A stretch of 64,000 bases of DNA from the human T2T-CHM13v2.0 reference genome, Homo sapiens: assembly GCF_009914755.1 (NCBI RefSeq), contig NC_060926.1. One strand, given 5' to 3'. The translations under genes were made by a program, and so were the position numbers. Each line of letters opens with the position of its first letter. Position 1 is the first letter of the stretch. This document shows positions 14,546-29,190 of the stretch, in pieces. The notes under the pieces are model-generated. The model was not told the origin of the DNA, made no database searches, and worked only from the letters and a program-made list of their open reading frames with translations.

Positions 14546-14800
14546 CCCCTGCTTCCAAGATGGTGTCTTAAGTGTTGTATCCTCTAGAGGGGAAAATCTT
14601 TGTATCCTTATGTATGTAGCAGAAAGAGCAGAAGAGAGTAAACCCACTCCTGCAAGCCGTTTTTATAGCAACATTATTAATTCATGAGGGCAGAGCCTTC
14701 ATGACCTAAACACTCCAAAAAAGCCTTGTCTTCCAACATTGTTGCTTTGGGGATTACGTTTCCAACACATGAGTTTTGGGGATTATAGTCAAACCATAGA
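14546..14800 (-). mobile_element. MST-type MaLR LTR fragment
   Basis: 'ttcatgagggcagagccttcatgacctaaacac...ggggattacgtttccaacacatgagttttgggg...caaaccatag'. Confidence 0.8.
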
Positions 14801-16690
14801 AGTCGTCATATTTGCATGGTTTTTTCCCCCTAATCTAAGTTCGGCTGTAAAGTACAGATGCAGGGTTGATAGAGAGATGAATGCAGTCAGGGTTGTTGTA
14901 TTATTACGTATTATGAAGAACAAAGGGGTCAGGGAAGAGTATATGTAAGACAGGGATAGAATCTGGCCTGTCTCAGTAGGAAAGAGAGGCCTTGAAGCTT
15001 TGACAGCCATAATAATTAGTGGGATCAAAGGACTGTTAGTCCAAGATGGGTGATTGAATTGTTTGAAGCACGTTATTAGAGAGAGTGGAGAAAAAAATGT
15101 AGTACTTGATAGTCTGACAGTTAGAGGTGATATGCTAGCTATTGTTTTTGACAATTCTTATCATTATTCTTAATGCTATTGATAATAATGACAAGGCAGA
15201 GAGTTTTGGTGATAGTATAACGTCACTACAGGCCTGCTATTCAATCACAAATCCCTGCTAAAGAGAGAAATATTACAAGTATTAAATATATAATGCTTAC
15301 TCAATCCTTGTATTTAAATGTGCTTATGGTCTATTTGCCTTCACAATTCCTCAATTCAATTCTCATTTTGTGAAAGTGATTGCTGTTGGTAACAAAAAGA
15401 GAGAGCCTTAGGGGAAGAAAATAATCTTTTTCATGCCTATTTAATTCTAAGCCCTATGTGTTTTTAAGAAGAATAAACCAATACACACAAAACAGCTATA
15501 TAAATTAATGACCCCTGGTGATTATGGTCTAAATACTTATAACTAAATACATATATTTTTATACATAAAAATTCAGAAATAATTACACCCATAGACCCTT
15601 AGAAATGAATTGCTAAAATCCCAACATAGATATAATTTCCTCTTGACTCTTATCATTCAAAGTATAAAATATTTTCATATTTAAGCAAGTGTATATGCAT
15701 ACTTTTTTTAAAGAAAACATTCCAAAAGAAGATAAATCTGGTATGGTTAGCACTTTTGTATTTAATGAGGACATGGAGCACAAACTGAAATAAAAAGCTG
15801 AGTGAAATATGAGAGAATAAATTTACTCAATATAGACAATTAAGTTTTCTGTTTTCTTTCATGATAAATAATTTAAGTGAACTTTTCAATGAAAACTGAA
15901 TTAATACAGTGGAAAGAATGAAATGGACCCAGGATACAACTGTGTATTCAACTATGTTTTTTATGGGACAATTCCCTATGACTTAATTTTCTCATTTATA
16001 AAACAAGGATCTCCCTCTCTTTTCTCTCACTTTCTCTCTCTATGAAAGGGCTTAATATTTTACAGAAAACATAGCTTTAGGTATAATTGTATTTAATATT
16101 AAATAAGGTTTCAATAAGGGATTTAAAATATCCAGTATTTAACTTACTCTATTTTGACTGTTGATTGTTAAACCACCCCTTATTGTACTAAATCTCATTT
16201 GCCTAAAGTTTCAATATTTATAGTCTTAAGAAAGAGTATACTATTAAAATATAACATATATGCAGAAAAGTAGTATAAATACACTAGATTAATTTTCTCA
16301 TTATCAAACATTCATGTAATTAGCAATTAGAGCATTCATAATCTATTCTCTTCAATACACACCCAATGCAACATATTAGAATAACCACTATAATGACAAA
16401 GATTAATATGCTTTTTACATTGACATAAATATACTCATGCAAACTATATGCAAACTTCTATGTTTGGCTTTTCTGCCTCAACAGTTTGTGAGTTTTATTC
16501 ATGTTGTTGCATATCACTTAATTCTTTTTGCTTTTGATTCACATTATTTAATTGAATGCATATGGTATTATTTATCCTTTCGGATGTTAATGAACTTTTG
16601 GGTTGTTTCAAATGGTTAGGTATTACATATAGTGATGTATGAATATTCTTGTGTTTGTTTATATATATACACACACACAAGACTTTTGAA

Positions 16691-16970
16691 CAGTTGACCT
16701 TTGAACAAAACGAGTTTGAACTGCACAGGTCTACTTATACCCAGATTTTCTTCTGCCTCTGCTACCCCTGAGACAGCAAGACAAGGCCCTCATCCTCCTC
16801 CTCCTGAGTCTACTCAATGTGAAGATAAGAAGGATAAAGATCTTTATGATGATCCAATTCCACTTAATAGCAAATGTATTTTCTCTATGATTTTTTTTAG
16901 TAAAATTTTATTTTCAAATAATACATATAACATGCAAAACGTGCGAATTGACTATGCTATCAATAAGGTT
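16691..16970 (+). mobile_element. Tigger2a-like (TcMar-Tigger) 5' portion
   Basis: TIR 'cagttgacctttgaacaa' followed by 'ttttcttctgcctctgctacccctgagacagcaagac'. Confidence 0.85.
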
Positions 16971-17062
16971 ATATATATAAATATAATATGTATATTATTT
17001 TCAGTATGCAAATTCCCTTTTTCTTATATCCTACCTAACTGCCATAAAAAGCAATTGAAACA

Positions 17063-17496
<434 letters not shown>

Positions 17497-17894
17497 TTAT
17501 AGGCTTGATGGTCATTCAAGTAGCTGCCTTTTAAAGCCTATTCCAAATTTTGCTTACATTTACTGTATTTATCTGTTTTGATTGATTATTGATTTTATGA
17601 ATTTTTTGTAAGTTTGAGATGCAAATCTTTTGTTAGCTGTATGTATCAATACTTTTCTCTCTGTGATTAGAATTTTACTCTAAATTGTGTCTTCCAATGA
17701 ACAAATATTATAATTTTTAAGATACACCAATTTTTTTCTTTAGAGGTAGTAGATGTTAATGTCAGATTTAAGATAATATGAGCCTCTTCCAATGGCATCA
17801 GGTATTTTCCTTTGTTTTGCTATAAAAGCTTTATTATTTTACCCTTCACATTTCTATCTACTAATGTTTTAATCACCTCCCATTCATCTCTTTG

Positions 17895-18369
17895 CTAAAA
17901 GAGGCATTATGACCTGAGACTTATGGGGATCTCCAAGCACGTGACACTCAACAGTGCACTGATGAGACTGACAAAAATGTGTTAGTCACATATATTCACA
18001 GCATAGGGAGTAGGACATGCCATGCAGTTTCTCATGGAGATTTTACCTGGAAACAGAATGAAAACCCAGGGGCTGTGAGAGGCAGACTTAGTAATATCAA
18101 GAGGGTAATTGTCCACTGATACCATAGGAGAGTGTGATTGGCTTGTTTTAAATGTGTTGGAAACTGAAATCAGCTACTCAAGGATAAACAGGAACTGTGC
18201 CTGGTTCCCTTGATAAGGAAAGTTGTTTAGCCTTTCTAAAGCCTCTTTCCAAGGGAGCAAGGTGGGGAGGGATCTTGCTGTTACACCATTTGACCTCCCC
18301 ATTTCCAGGTTTTGCCAGAGGTCAAGGTAGCACGTAATAGTGGGCCTTAGTTGTAGGCCTTACACCACA
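17895..18369 (-). mobile_element. ERV LTR, MER76-like
   Basis: Ends 'gtcaaggtagcacgtaatagtgggccttagttgtaggccttacaccaca', the reverse complement of a tgtggtgtaaggcct LTR start; family name from memory. Confidence 0.6.
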
Positions 18370-19899
18370 ATAATCCAATTGGAACTAGTATTTTTTTGTT
18401 TATATGGAAACTTAATTGATTTAAACCTTTATTGAAAAAATACATATCTGCTGTATAGCCTTGTCACATGTTTCATAAATCAGTTAGTATTATATGTAGA
18501 TGTAAATTTCTGGAATTGATTCTTTTATATTACTACATTTGTCAATTCATATGCTAATCCATAAAGTCTTAATTATTGCTTCAAAATAGGTATTGATGTC
18601 TCACTAAATATAGATGTCCAGTTTTTCCAGCACCATTTTTGAAATGACTATACATTCTCCTTTTAATTATTCCTTCAAATTTGTCAAAAATCATTTGACC
18701 ATATATGTCTATTTTACAATCTAAGTCTATTTCTAGACTTCCTATTCTGTCCAATAGTTCTAATTATTTTTCCATCTGTTATAACTATGCTTTCTTGATT
18801 ACTATAGTTTATTCTCATAATAGGTAGTATAGGCAAGCAATTGTTTTCTTCTTTTTCACAACTATTTGATTCTTCCATATACTTTGAATTTCCAAATAGA
18901 TTTTAAGTTTTCTTGTCATTTAAAAAAAATTCTAGAATATCTTTGTATTGCATTGAATATATAAGGCAATTTAAGATGGCTGACATCTTAGCAACACAGC
19001 CTTTCAATTTATAAGCATAATATAGCCTCTCTTTATTTGGCATTTCTTTGAGTACTCTCCACAGAGTTTTGCAGAGAGATGCCATATAGTTTATTCACTT
19101 AATTGCTAAGTATTATTGTCTCTGTTATAAATAAATCTTTCTCTTTAAACATATTTATAGCTATTATATAGAAATATAATTGATTTTATGTTGACTTCAT
19201 ATTCTGCAACTTTTCTAAATTCAACAATTAAATTCAACAACAATTTTGTAGATTCCTTAGGAATTTCTATATTAATAATTATGCCATATGAAAAAGCACA
19301 TATTTTTTCTGATCTGTATTTTTTTTCTTGCCACATGTCACTGTGTAGATCTTCTATTGGTGAGGATAGAAATTATGGGCTTTATTCCATATCTTAGGGA
19401 AGAATCATTCAATTTTTTACCAATAAATGTGATATTAGCTATAAATGCCTTTTACTATATTGAGGGGGTTTGTTTCTAATCCTAAGTTACTGAGAAAGAT
19501 TTTTGTTTTATCATTGCATGATGTTGAATTTCATCATTTTGTGTGTGTAATAGAGAATATACTATTTTTAATCTTTTGTGTTACTACAGCTGTAAATTAA
19601 ATTGCTTCGTTCTTTAAAACATTGGGCCTATCATAAAATATTGGAATAAACCTAGCTCATGGGTTATTATTTATATATACCTTTTTAAAGTATATGTCAT
19701 AATGAACTACACGTTTCATAATAAACTACATCCATAGACCTTCTATGCAAAATTCAGGAACACAAAAAAGAAAGAGAAAGAAACTATTAATGGATTTGAA
19801 TTATGTGGATTTACATGTCTGATATCCTTAAACTTCCTGGAACCTCTCGTCTGGCTGATATGGGAAAACCACCACTCTTCACTGAGTGATTTTGTCAAG

Positions 19900-21690
19900 G
19901 TCTAATGAAAGGCACAATTCTCCAAAGATGATGTCTGCCTTTACCAATGTCTATCTTGCCTCTTATGTTTGACTTTAGGCAGTAGGTTAATTCTTAGCAT
20001 ATTTCTACTGAGTCCAGGCACCTGCTAGGGTAGTTTATATGCCCTCCAAAATTGTAGTCATGGTGAAAGTACAATGGCAGGAGCTAAGAAAATATGTGAA
20101 AGTGGATCTTGAGGATACTGAGTCAAAAAGGATACATTACAAGGCTAGATAAGAAAAGACTGGATTAAGAAAATATGGCACATATACACCATGGAATACT
20201 ATGCAGCCATAAAAATGATGAGTTCATGTCCTTTTTAGGGACATGGATGAAGCTGGAAACCATCATTCTCAGCAAACTATTGCAAGGACAAAAAAACAAA
20301 CACCGCATGTTCTCACTCGTAGGTGGGAATTGAACAATGAGAACACTTGGACACAGGAAGGGGAACATCACACACCGGGGCCTGTTGTGGGGTAGGGGGA
20401 GAGGGGAGGGATAGCATTAGGAGATATACCTAATGTTAAACGATGAGTTAATGGGCGCAGCACACCAACATGGCACAGGTATACGAGTGAGAACATGCGG
20501 TGTTTGGTTTTTTGTCCTTGCAATAGTAGTAACAAACCTGCGCGTTATACACATGTACCCTAAAACTTAAAATATAATTTAAAAAAAAAAGAAAAGTTTT
20601 ATTGTTTGAAAACACTCCTTCATGGATTGGCTTAACATAATTCAAGGACATCTGAAACTGGTTGTACTATGCTACCAGGATGGTCTTTTGCTGCTTTACT
20701 TCAGTAAAGTATATGGTGGTGCCAGAACTGACTTTTATGGAGTGTTGAGAAAAGAATTCAAAGACATAGGAGAGAACAGATAAAATAGATTACAGTCTAA
20801 AGAATCCTCTACCTGATTGCTTCCTGGAAGTGACCAGATGACATTTACTACCTTAAGGCAATAAGGGATTCATTGATAATGATTCATAAGACAAAGTTTC
20901 TGGCACCTTTAAGAAACTCTGATGACTATCTTCTGTATGTTAGTGTTGGCAATAGAGATGCTCCATTAAAACTGCACACCCCAATGTCACATGGGATAAT
21001 GGAGTTCCAAAATAGCCAAAGCTAGGTAGTGATTTGAACCAAAAAAGGCAAGACAGAAGTAAATACCAATGAAGGCAGCAGTGCTAGAGAAGCAATCATG
21101 GTATCTTGATCTGCATGGGTCTGAAATTTTTGCTAATAGATAATAATGTTTCCAGGGATAAGATAAATTAAGTAGTTTGAGTATTATGTTACTTGAAATT
21201 ACTGTATTGTAACCAGGAGCAATTGAAGTCTGGTGAGCCAAAGGCTAAAATCAGCTGCCATATTGGAAGAATTATAATTTCTTGCCTGGTTTCCAGATCT
21301 ATGTTCTCAGAATTAGAACCCATGGATTAAAGGGAAGTCCAACAGCTTTTCAGAAAAAAAAGACTTTTATTACAAATTATGCATATATGAGCAATATTCC
21401 CCAAATTCTTCTCCATATGTATTTGTTATTTTCAAAAATATCCATATAATAGAGAAAACAGAATACCTGGATTGCTTGAGGGCTATGGAATACAGGGTCT
21501 GAGCTGACATTGAAACCAGGTGTGCACAATACTGTCACCGTTGGAATGAAATCTTATGGAGAACAAGATGATGATAAAGTTTTGGCCCACGTTTGTCTCA
21601 TAATTGGCCCAATATTATTACCTGACCCTAAATGTATAATTAAAATAGTTATACATAGAAACTGACAGAGTCCTCACTATGGGATTGGGT
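19900..21690 (+). mobile_element. Degenerate ERVL internal region (gag/protease relic)
   Basis: 20095-20150 resembles the ERVL gag WILR motif; 21481-21520 reads GLWNTGSELTLKP, similar to the retroviral protease LLDTGSELTLIP. Confidence 0.65.
20157..20590 (+). mobile_element. 5'-truncated L1PA4/5-like 3' end inserted in the ERVL relic
   Basis: End of ORF2, 3' UTR and A tail; 8-bp TSD AAGAAAAG at 20151-20158 and 20589-20596. Confidence 0.93.
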
Positions 21691-22204
21691 TCAATATATG
21701 TACATTTCTGTTTTTCATGTAAGCTTTCAGCATAGATAGGCATTCAACAACAAGGTAGCTAAGACAACTTGTAGTGGGGATGTCATTCAACCAATTTCTT
21801 TAGAGACCTGAGGGGCTTGCACAGTGGAGTCTTTATCAGAATAGTATTGGCTTAGGAAATTGTATTCTGGAAAACTGTATTTTATCAGAATATCACTAGA
21901 ATTCAAAACTCAGGTAATATGTTGAAACATACTAAAGTTTTCTTATTCAAATCATCATTAGTCAGAATGTAAAAGCCAACACTTTGAAGTCTGAGTTCTA
22001 ATAATTTCTGAAATTGTTTTATAATTGAGATGGAGTAAGTTAACTTTATAAATAAATATGAATTCATTAATTGGTTTTTTGAGTGTATAAATAATGTATA
22101 ATCCCGGGATAAACTTAGTATCTTCCTGAGAATATTTCTAAACAACATTGCCATCTGAGTAAGATATTTTATTTGGTTAACTGCAACAGGTTCAACAGCT
22201 TTGT

Positions 22205-23860
22205 TACCCTATTATCAGATTCTGAGACACGGACTTATGTGGTTTATTTTTTAAGTGATCCTGAGAAACAGAAGCAGGAAACTGGCATGAAATGAGGAAG
22301 GAGCTAAGATAATTAATAACTACATAATAGAGTTGGTCTTTGCTATGGATAATTGGGACTTGCAATCAGGTGAAGAGCCACTCAGGAGCTGCGTGGAAGA
22401 AACTTTAGAACTGTCAACTCCAGAGATGTTTGCAACCTTTCCTGTTTTCAATTGTTTAAAGACAGCTGTATATAACATTTAACCACATGTTTGCACATGA
22501 GTCAAATTGGGTGAACAAGTATCCAAAAGTCCTGAGCAGAGAGACAAAGTTGTACTGAGGTGACACATTTTCCCCTTATACCCATGTGCAATTAATTGTA
22601 GCAGCAACACGGTGGAGAAAGAGGACATATGATAGGACACCATAGGCATCCTATTCTGTAATGTGTCTGTTGCAACATTCAGATCCCCTTTTGCCTTACA
22701 TAGAGTCCTATCCATCACAGAACCACAAAATCTATGCAAGACTTAACAGAGGAGAGATAGTATAACAAGATAAAGTTCTTTATGCTACAACAAGTCAAAG
22801 TCAGTCATTGGTTTTTATCATTTTCCTATACCACCATCCAATCTTGATTTTCCTAACACTCAGTGAGCACTTCAGCACATCTAGGTTTCTTGGCTGATAG
22901 AGTACCCTAGACCTTACCCCAAAGGGATTGGGAGTGATTACTTTACCCTTTTTAAGTCTGTGGTTGCTGTACTTATATGTTTACAATAATAATTAGGCAT
23001 GGAAACATCAAGAGATTAATCTTTCGGGTTCCATGTGTGCTCTTTGTTGCTCTATTTTTGAGTTACCTTAGGTCTTTGGGTTAGTCACTCCATCCATATC
23101 TAAACGCATGTCATCGATTGTTAGTCGACTGACACAATACACAGCTCAAGTGGCTACACAATAGTCATAAGTGCAGGTTCAGTGAAACTCAAACTGTGTC
23201 CCCTTGTAAAAATGGCCTTTTCTAGGAACAAATGCTTCCAATTTAGCCTCAATTACCAATGCAGGATGCATACATTAAGAATTGGGGGAAGGATGATGTG
23301 AAGTTTCTACCTGTTGCTTCTTTGACCCATGTACTCTTATTTTTTGGACACAGTTTCATGTATAGATTGTTGGTATAATATAAATATTACATCTAAGTGA
23401 ACAGCCCCTCAAATTTTAAGGGATATAGCAAGTGAATGCTTCAGTTTATTTTAAACAGAATATGCCATTATTGTATTAATTTAGCTACTTTCAGAGGTGT
23501 AGTATATGATAAGACAAATGGCCTCTATGGCCAGGTATGCGTACTTGTACCTTCTCTGACAGAAAATGGTCTCTTGGACAGCAGATAATTCATTTAAAAT
23601 TCATGTTTTTATATTGGGCATCCTATAAGACTTCAGAAAGTTGCACAAGCAGACACACTGGAAGCAAGATAGACATATGGACATCAAGAGTAGGTATCAA
23701 TTCTGATAAGAAGAAAAGTACTGACCCTTCAAAGTGTTTGGCTGGAATTTGTAATATAAAATAATGAAGAGTGCTGGAATAGTGAGCTTTCAGCAAAGAC
23801 AATAGGTGCCTTAGCTTTAGCAAGAAGACCATCTTTAGGGTCAGTGTTTTGGGGCCAGGT
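22205..23860 (-). mobile_element. Degenerate ERVL LTR plus internal (pol-like) fragments
   Basis: 'cagattctgagacacggactt...gtttatttt..aagtgatcctgagaaaca' is an LTR-like start followed by ERVL-like antisense tracts; highly decayed. Confidence 0.45.
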
Positions 23861-24769
23861 TGAGAAACATGGCATTAGAGGGTTAATTTACCTCTTATTT
23901 TGAATTGATAATTATCAGTGAGTGAGACATCCCATTCATAAGTAATCACATCACATTTATGTGTTTATGAGGGCTGAATAGTTCATGTACATTAAACTTT
24001 GTTTGCAAATACATGAAATAAGACATTGTCATTTCAAGTAGAAAAATCAAATATAAGTGAGTTTTTCCTAAAAGAGCAAAGGAATCTGTTATGAAGTGTA
24101 CATTTTTAGGGTATAATTTTTTTTCGCATTTACTTGAACTAAAGAATTGAGTGAGTTTTATCTGAAAATGTAGAAATAAGTCTATTACCTTTTTTTTTAC
24201 TATGTTTCATAGAATCAGCACACAGGGTATGATTACAGAAAAGGTTTTTCTTACTTCAGAAATTTAGAGACCATCAACTTCTAGGATATACAAAATGTCA
24301 AGGGGCAGCTGAACAAAGCAAACTAAAATAAATTATTGAGAAGTATGCCTATGGGCAGGTGGTGTAAGGAAAAAATTGGTTCCAAATAGGAAAGGAAATG
24401 AAAAATCTTTTGCACCAAATCATGCCCTTCATATCAAATAAAATACCTTGATATGTTGACAAAGGATGACTGATGAGTTCTGCTGGGGTCACTATCTAAG
24501 ACTGTCAATCAGCTAATACTCATCAACTATCAGTAAAATTGGAGTTTCTGCACTTTATTGACCCTTTTCCAAATACAGTGGTTTGTGTGTATCATTGATG
24601 TTTCCATGATAGCAAATTTGCTAAGCCTGAGAAAAATGAGAAAAATTATAGACTGTATTTATGTCTCATCTTCTATTCTCAAAATCAATCTTTAGTTTTG
24701 AGATTCTTATTTTTACAGTGCTTTTAACCAGAATAACAAAAGTATATTTTCACATATCTGAGCTATACA

Positions 24770-25200
24770 CTAAGACATACAGGGATTCCAAATGAATGCC
24801 TACTATGTATTAGATAATGTGCCAGGCTTCAGTGAACAGCATAAAGGTATAAAGGTGCCACACTCTGGAGTTGTAACATAGAATATGTGACCAGTGCCAG
24901 AAGTCAGACTAAATACATATATATATATAAAATTAGAGTAAAGAATATCTGGAGTTGTTGATATGACAAAGTTGTGATTTTTAGATCATTAAGTCAGGGT
25001 AGGCCTTATTTGCAAGATCATATTTGAGTGAATGTTTGAAAGAGTTATGAGATTACCCATGTACAGGAAGAAGAAATAGCTTGTAAAAAAGATTCTGAGG
25101 CAGAATCATGTCTGATATACTTGAACAACAACAAGGAAGGCAGGATATCAAAGGAGAGAATAAGAGGACCTGAGTGAAGGTATAATAATGGAGTGGTAAT
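24770..25200 (-). mobile_element. L2 fragment
   Basis: 'tgaatgcctactatgtattag...gtcagggtaggccttatttgcaagatcatatttgag...aacaaggaaggcag'. Confidence 0.65.
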
Positions 25201-28200
25201 GTAAAAAAAAAATTTAAGAGGTTAAATTTGTTTTGAAAGATCTGCTATCTTATGTTCTCAAAGATTTATAATTTTGTTATTAGAGACTTAACAATTCCTG
25301 CAGTAAGAAATATATTTGACATTTTAAAACACAATTTTTACCCAAAGTTACATGACCCAATTCCTGGCATTTTTCTCTCCCTATATTACCTTATGAACTT
25401 TCCCTGTCTTTCTCTGACTCTCCATACTCCCCTCCAGCCCCACATCTCACAGTTCTCTAAAGATAGTCTGGCCTCAGTCTTATTTCTAAGTCATTCTGGG
25501 TGATGAAGAGGTGAAATGTGTAGAGAGAAGTTATACACCAGAAGTAAAGAAGGAAACCAGAAGGAACTGGCTTGAGATATCTTCAGCACCTCAGCCTCTT
25601 CTTGAATTTTTGTCTAGAGCAGTAAATGTTGAGAGAGTCTAGATCATTCATAGAAAGTTTCCTTGCTCATAGGAGGCTACTATTCCTTGTGAATGAAGGA
25701 GAAACTCCCACAGATCTTTGTGAACTTGTAGGTTAACCTCATTCTCACTCTACCAAAGTGTCTTAGAGCAACTAATGCTCATGTGAGTTTTGAAGGGTCT
25801 CAAAAAATAGGGTAGAAAATAAAATATGGAAAATAATTTAAGAACAAAGGAAAGTGTATGTTTGCATTGGGACTCTGAAGGCTTTTATTATTATTATTTA
25901 TGTTCTGTTAGAAAAGTAAGACATTATTATAGCAATGTTTATGCCAATGTAAATTGTTTGTCTACTATTAAATGGTGCAATCTCAAGTCATTACCATATG
26001 GGGATAGATAACAAGGTGAGGAATGGGATTAACTATAGAAGGAGTAATAGGGTCATCAAGAGGCTTATCAAAACCCCATACGTAAGGGGATGGTGGAACT
26101 TCTGGAACATTCACGGGAAGGGGTCATAGGGGAAACTAGCCTGTGCCTTCCTGCAGGCACAGTCAGGAGTGTCTCCAAGATCATAGCCAGGTAGAGAAGG
26201 GGCATCCAAGCCAAGTTGCTGGAATGTATTTCAAGACTCAAAATATTAATATTAGTTCATAAATTGCAAGCTCTTATGTCCAGATAAGGTAAAGGATCCC
26301 ACAGAAGAGGACAGTATGAGATCAGTTTTAACAGAGATTTCCAATTGTGGCTATGTAATTACAAGCACATAGGTGCCTTAAATATATTTTTATGTTCAGG
26401 AATAAGTATATGCATTTATTTGGGCTTCTGTGAGTTTTTTTAAGCTATCCAGGTGATTCTGTTATTCATCAAGTGATAAAAACTATTGGGCTAGAGAGGA
26501 ACATCAGCACTATATCTGATAAGACGTGTGGAACTCAGAAATTTTGGACAAAAGCTCTAGAGAAGCCTTGAAGAGCTGCGGTGGATAAATTATTCTTATT
26601 CCATTGTGAAGTTTAGATTTTAGTCTATGTGCAAAGGTATTCAGGAGAAATAATGAATGTTGTAATTTAGGCCTCTCTAGTGGAAATGCAGAAAAGGAAG
26701 AAATGTGAGAGGTAACTAGCAGCCAGGATGGATTTACCCAGGAACCCCAGAGCTTGGCAATATGGTTAGTAAGCAATCCTTAATTGAGAGTATATAGCAA
26801 TAGTCGCTGCACATATAATTATTAAGAAAATGTCCTAAAATCTTACAGATGTAAAAAAACTAATAGTTTTCCTCAAATTTTACAGTAATCTGATTTTTTA
26901 TGTTACCAAGTTGTCACACTTAAAGAAATATTTATGAAAAAATAAATCAGTCATGCTAAAGGAAAGTGAAAAAAGAGGAAAATATTTTGTTCCATCTATA
27001 AAAAGCATGACAAAATTGTATAAAGGGAAATCAAAGACTGAAAATTTAAAATGTTTAGTAAAAACATATCATAGAGTTCTGTAAAAAGAAGGTTAATTGA
27101 ATAATTATTCTACCTTTCTGGATTTTGCAGAAGAAATATTACTTTTTTCTTTTTGTATTTGCCAACTTTTTAAGGATTGTATTTGTGATTACTTTCATCT
27201 TTCTAAATAAGTATCTACTTTTATAACTAATTTTATTTATTTATCTTTCTGAAAAAGAGCTTCTAAAGTCCGGGCCTAGCAAGACTGCGATACATCCCTA
27301 TCGAGCAGGGAGAATCCATGGGGCTGACTGACTGGTGGTGTGTGGAGGCATGAGTCAAATTTCATCAGTTTCGTGATCCAAAGTGATGATACAGCTGATA
27401 ATACATGTGTCTATTTAGACACTCTGTGGCCAATTTTAAACTAAAGAAAATAGAGTTAGTTAAACACACAAATCCTAGAAAGACAAAGAGAGTAGGCAGA
27501 GACTATTGGATAATTCCAACATAGTCTGCTAAAAGTTTCAATACATAATTTGCATTGCTTTGGTCATGCCTTTACCAACAGACCCTGATATGTCCTGACA
27601 TTCCAGACTCTTCCAAAACGTCAATCTAAGAGTAATTCCACCAAAGCCTTGTCTTTTAAATCTGTAGTTTGCCAGAGGAAACCCAAAAGGTAATTTTTAC
27701 TGGATTTGGAATTTTAAAAGTACTGACAATATCTAATTTTAAAAAAACAAAAATATTAAAGGCTATAATGAGAAGCATTCTATACTTCTGGATAATTTTT
27801 TCTGACTTTTTTCTTTCTCATAAATTTAAAGAAAGAAACTCTTCTCCAATACTACATTAATAGATGCAAATACTCAATTTACTCAACTCACTTTTAATTT
27901 TCTCTTCTTTTGGTAATTCATTCATTGTATGAGAAACCTAATCATTGAAAGCATTAGGCATAAAAGTTGGTTGCCTTAAGTTCTGCATATTATGAATAAG
28001 GCATAGCAGGGCTGTTAATGACTATAGCTAGGAATAGCCATTTTGAAATTAACTAATTAAAGATTTCATTTGCACTTCTCTAGAAATGAGTGTTTCCACT
28101 TTAAGAAATTATATATCTCTAACTTGGAAATTAATATGGAAAAACTAGATGGTTAACCCAAATTTGAACAATTAAACTTATCTACAGATGAGATAGAAAT

Positions 28201-28905
28201 GATAATATAACAAATAAAATCACAAATGGTTATGAATTGAAAATGATCATACTGAATGTTTCTGTACTCAACCAGATATAAGCTATTTCCCTATGATGCT
28301 GTTATGCCATGTAATAGCAAATAGTAGTAGTAAAGAGTAATAGTGAATTGTTAGCTAAATTGTTATCAGAAAACAATGTTAGCATTAAATATTTAATCTC
28401 TAAAATCTTAAAATATTTTAGAAATTCAAGAATATAAGTCCCATAGACCTTCTAAGTTTCTTCTTTTTTTAGATAAACAGGCACTTACTGAGATTTAACT
28501 TGTGCTTAGATGATCAGCTGGTCATTTTAGCCAGAAGAAATTTGTGAATGATGATGTTTAAGAATCATACTTGAATGAGATGCTGAAAGTCTGGAGTACA
28601 TTATGTTATATTATATTTATTATATGTTAAGAAAGAGGAATGATACAAGGGCACAGTTTTTACCCCAATAATGTTATTTTTAAGTCTATTTCATCTTATA
28701 TTAAGAGTTTTATCAATTTTTATTTCTATGTTCTTAGCAGTATTACCTATTAGTAGAATATATTTGGAATTTATTTTCATTAGAAAACCATTTTTATTTT
28801 AATTTTCTACTGTAACTGATTTAATTATATGAATATTAAATATTTGAATTTTTATAAAACATGTTATATATATGCTTTCTTTTTATCCAAACTTTCTAAT
28901 TGATT

Positions 28906-28951
28906 TTTCTCCTCCTTCTCCTCCTCCTCCTTCTTCTTCTTCTCCTTCTTC
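28906..28951. repeat. (CTC)n/(CTT)n simple repeat
   Basis: ttctcctccttctcctcctcctccttcttcttcttctccttctt. Confidence 0.85.
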
Positions 28952-29049
28952 GTTGCTTTTAATTCTATTGATGGCATTTTCTTTACTCCTTTTCCTTTCT
29001 TCTCTCTACTGGTTCAAATAATATAATGACATAAATAATAGTATTAATA

Positions 29050-29190
29050 ATAGATAACAGGGGAACAGAGCACCATTCTAAGAGATTTTATAGATTACAT
29101 AATTTAGTTATTAGAATAACTCTGTAATGTAAGCACTATTGCTATCTTACCCTTATTTTGTGATGAGAAAACAAGCCCAGTATACAGGGC
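29050..29190. mobile_element. MIR fragment
   Basis: 'ataactctgtaatgtaagcactattgctatc...ccttattttgtgatgagaaaacaagcccag' MIR core pattern. Confidence 0.55.

Noticed and set aside
19900-23860. ERVL gag/pro/pol relics as a domesticated retroviral gene
   Set aside because: There is no long ORF, the protease DTG motif is mutated to NTG, and the region is interrupted by an L1.
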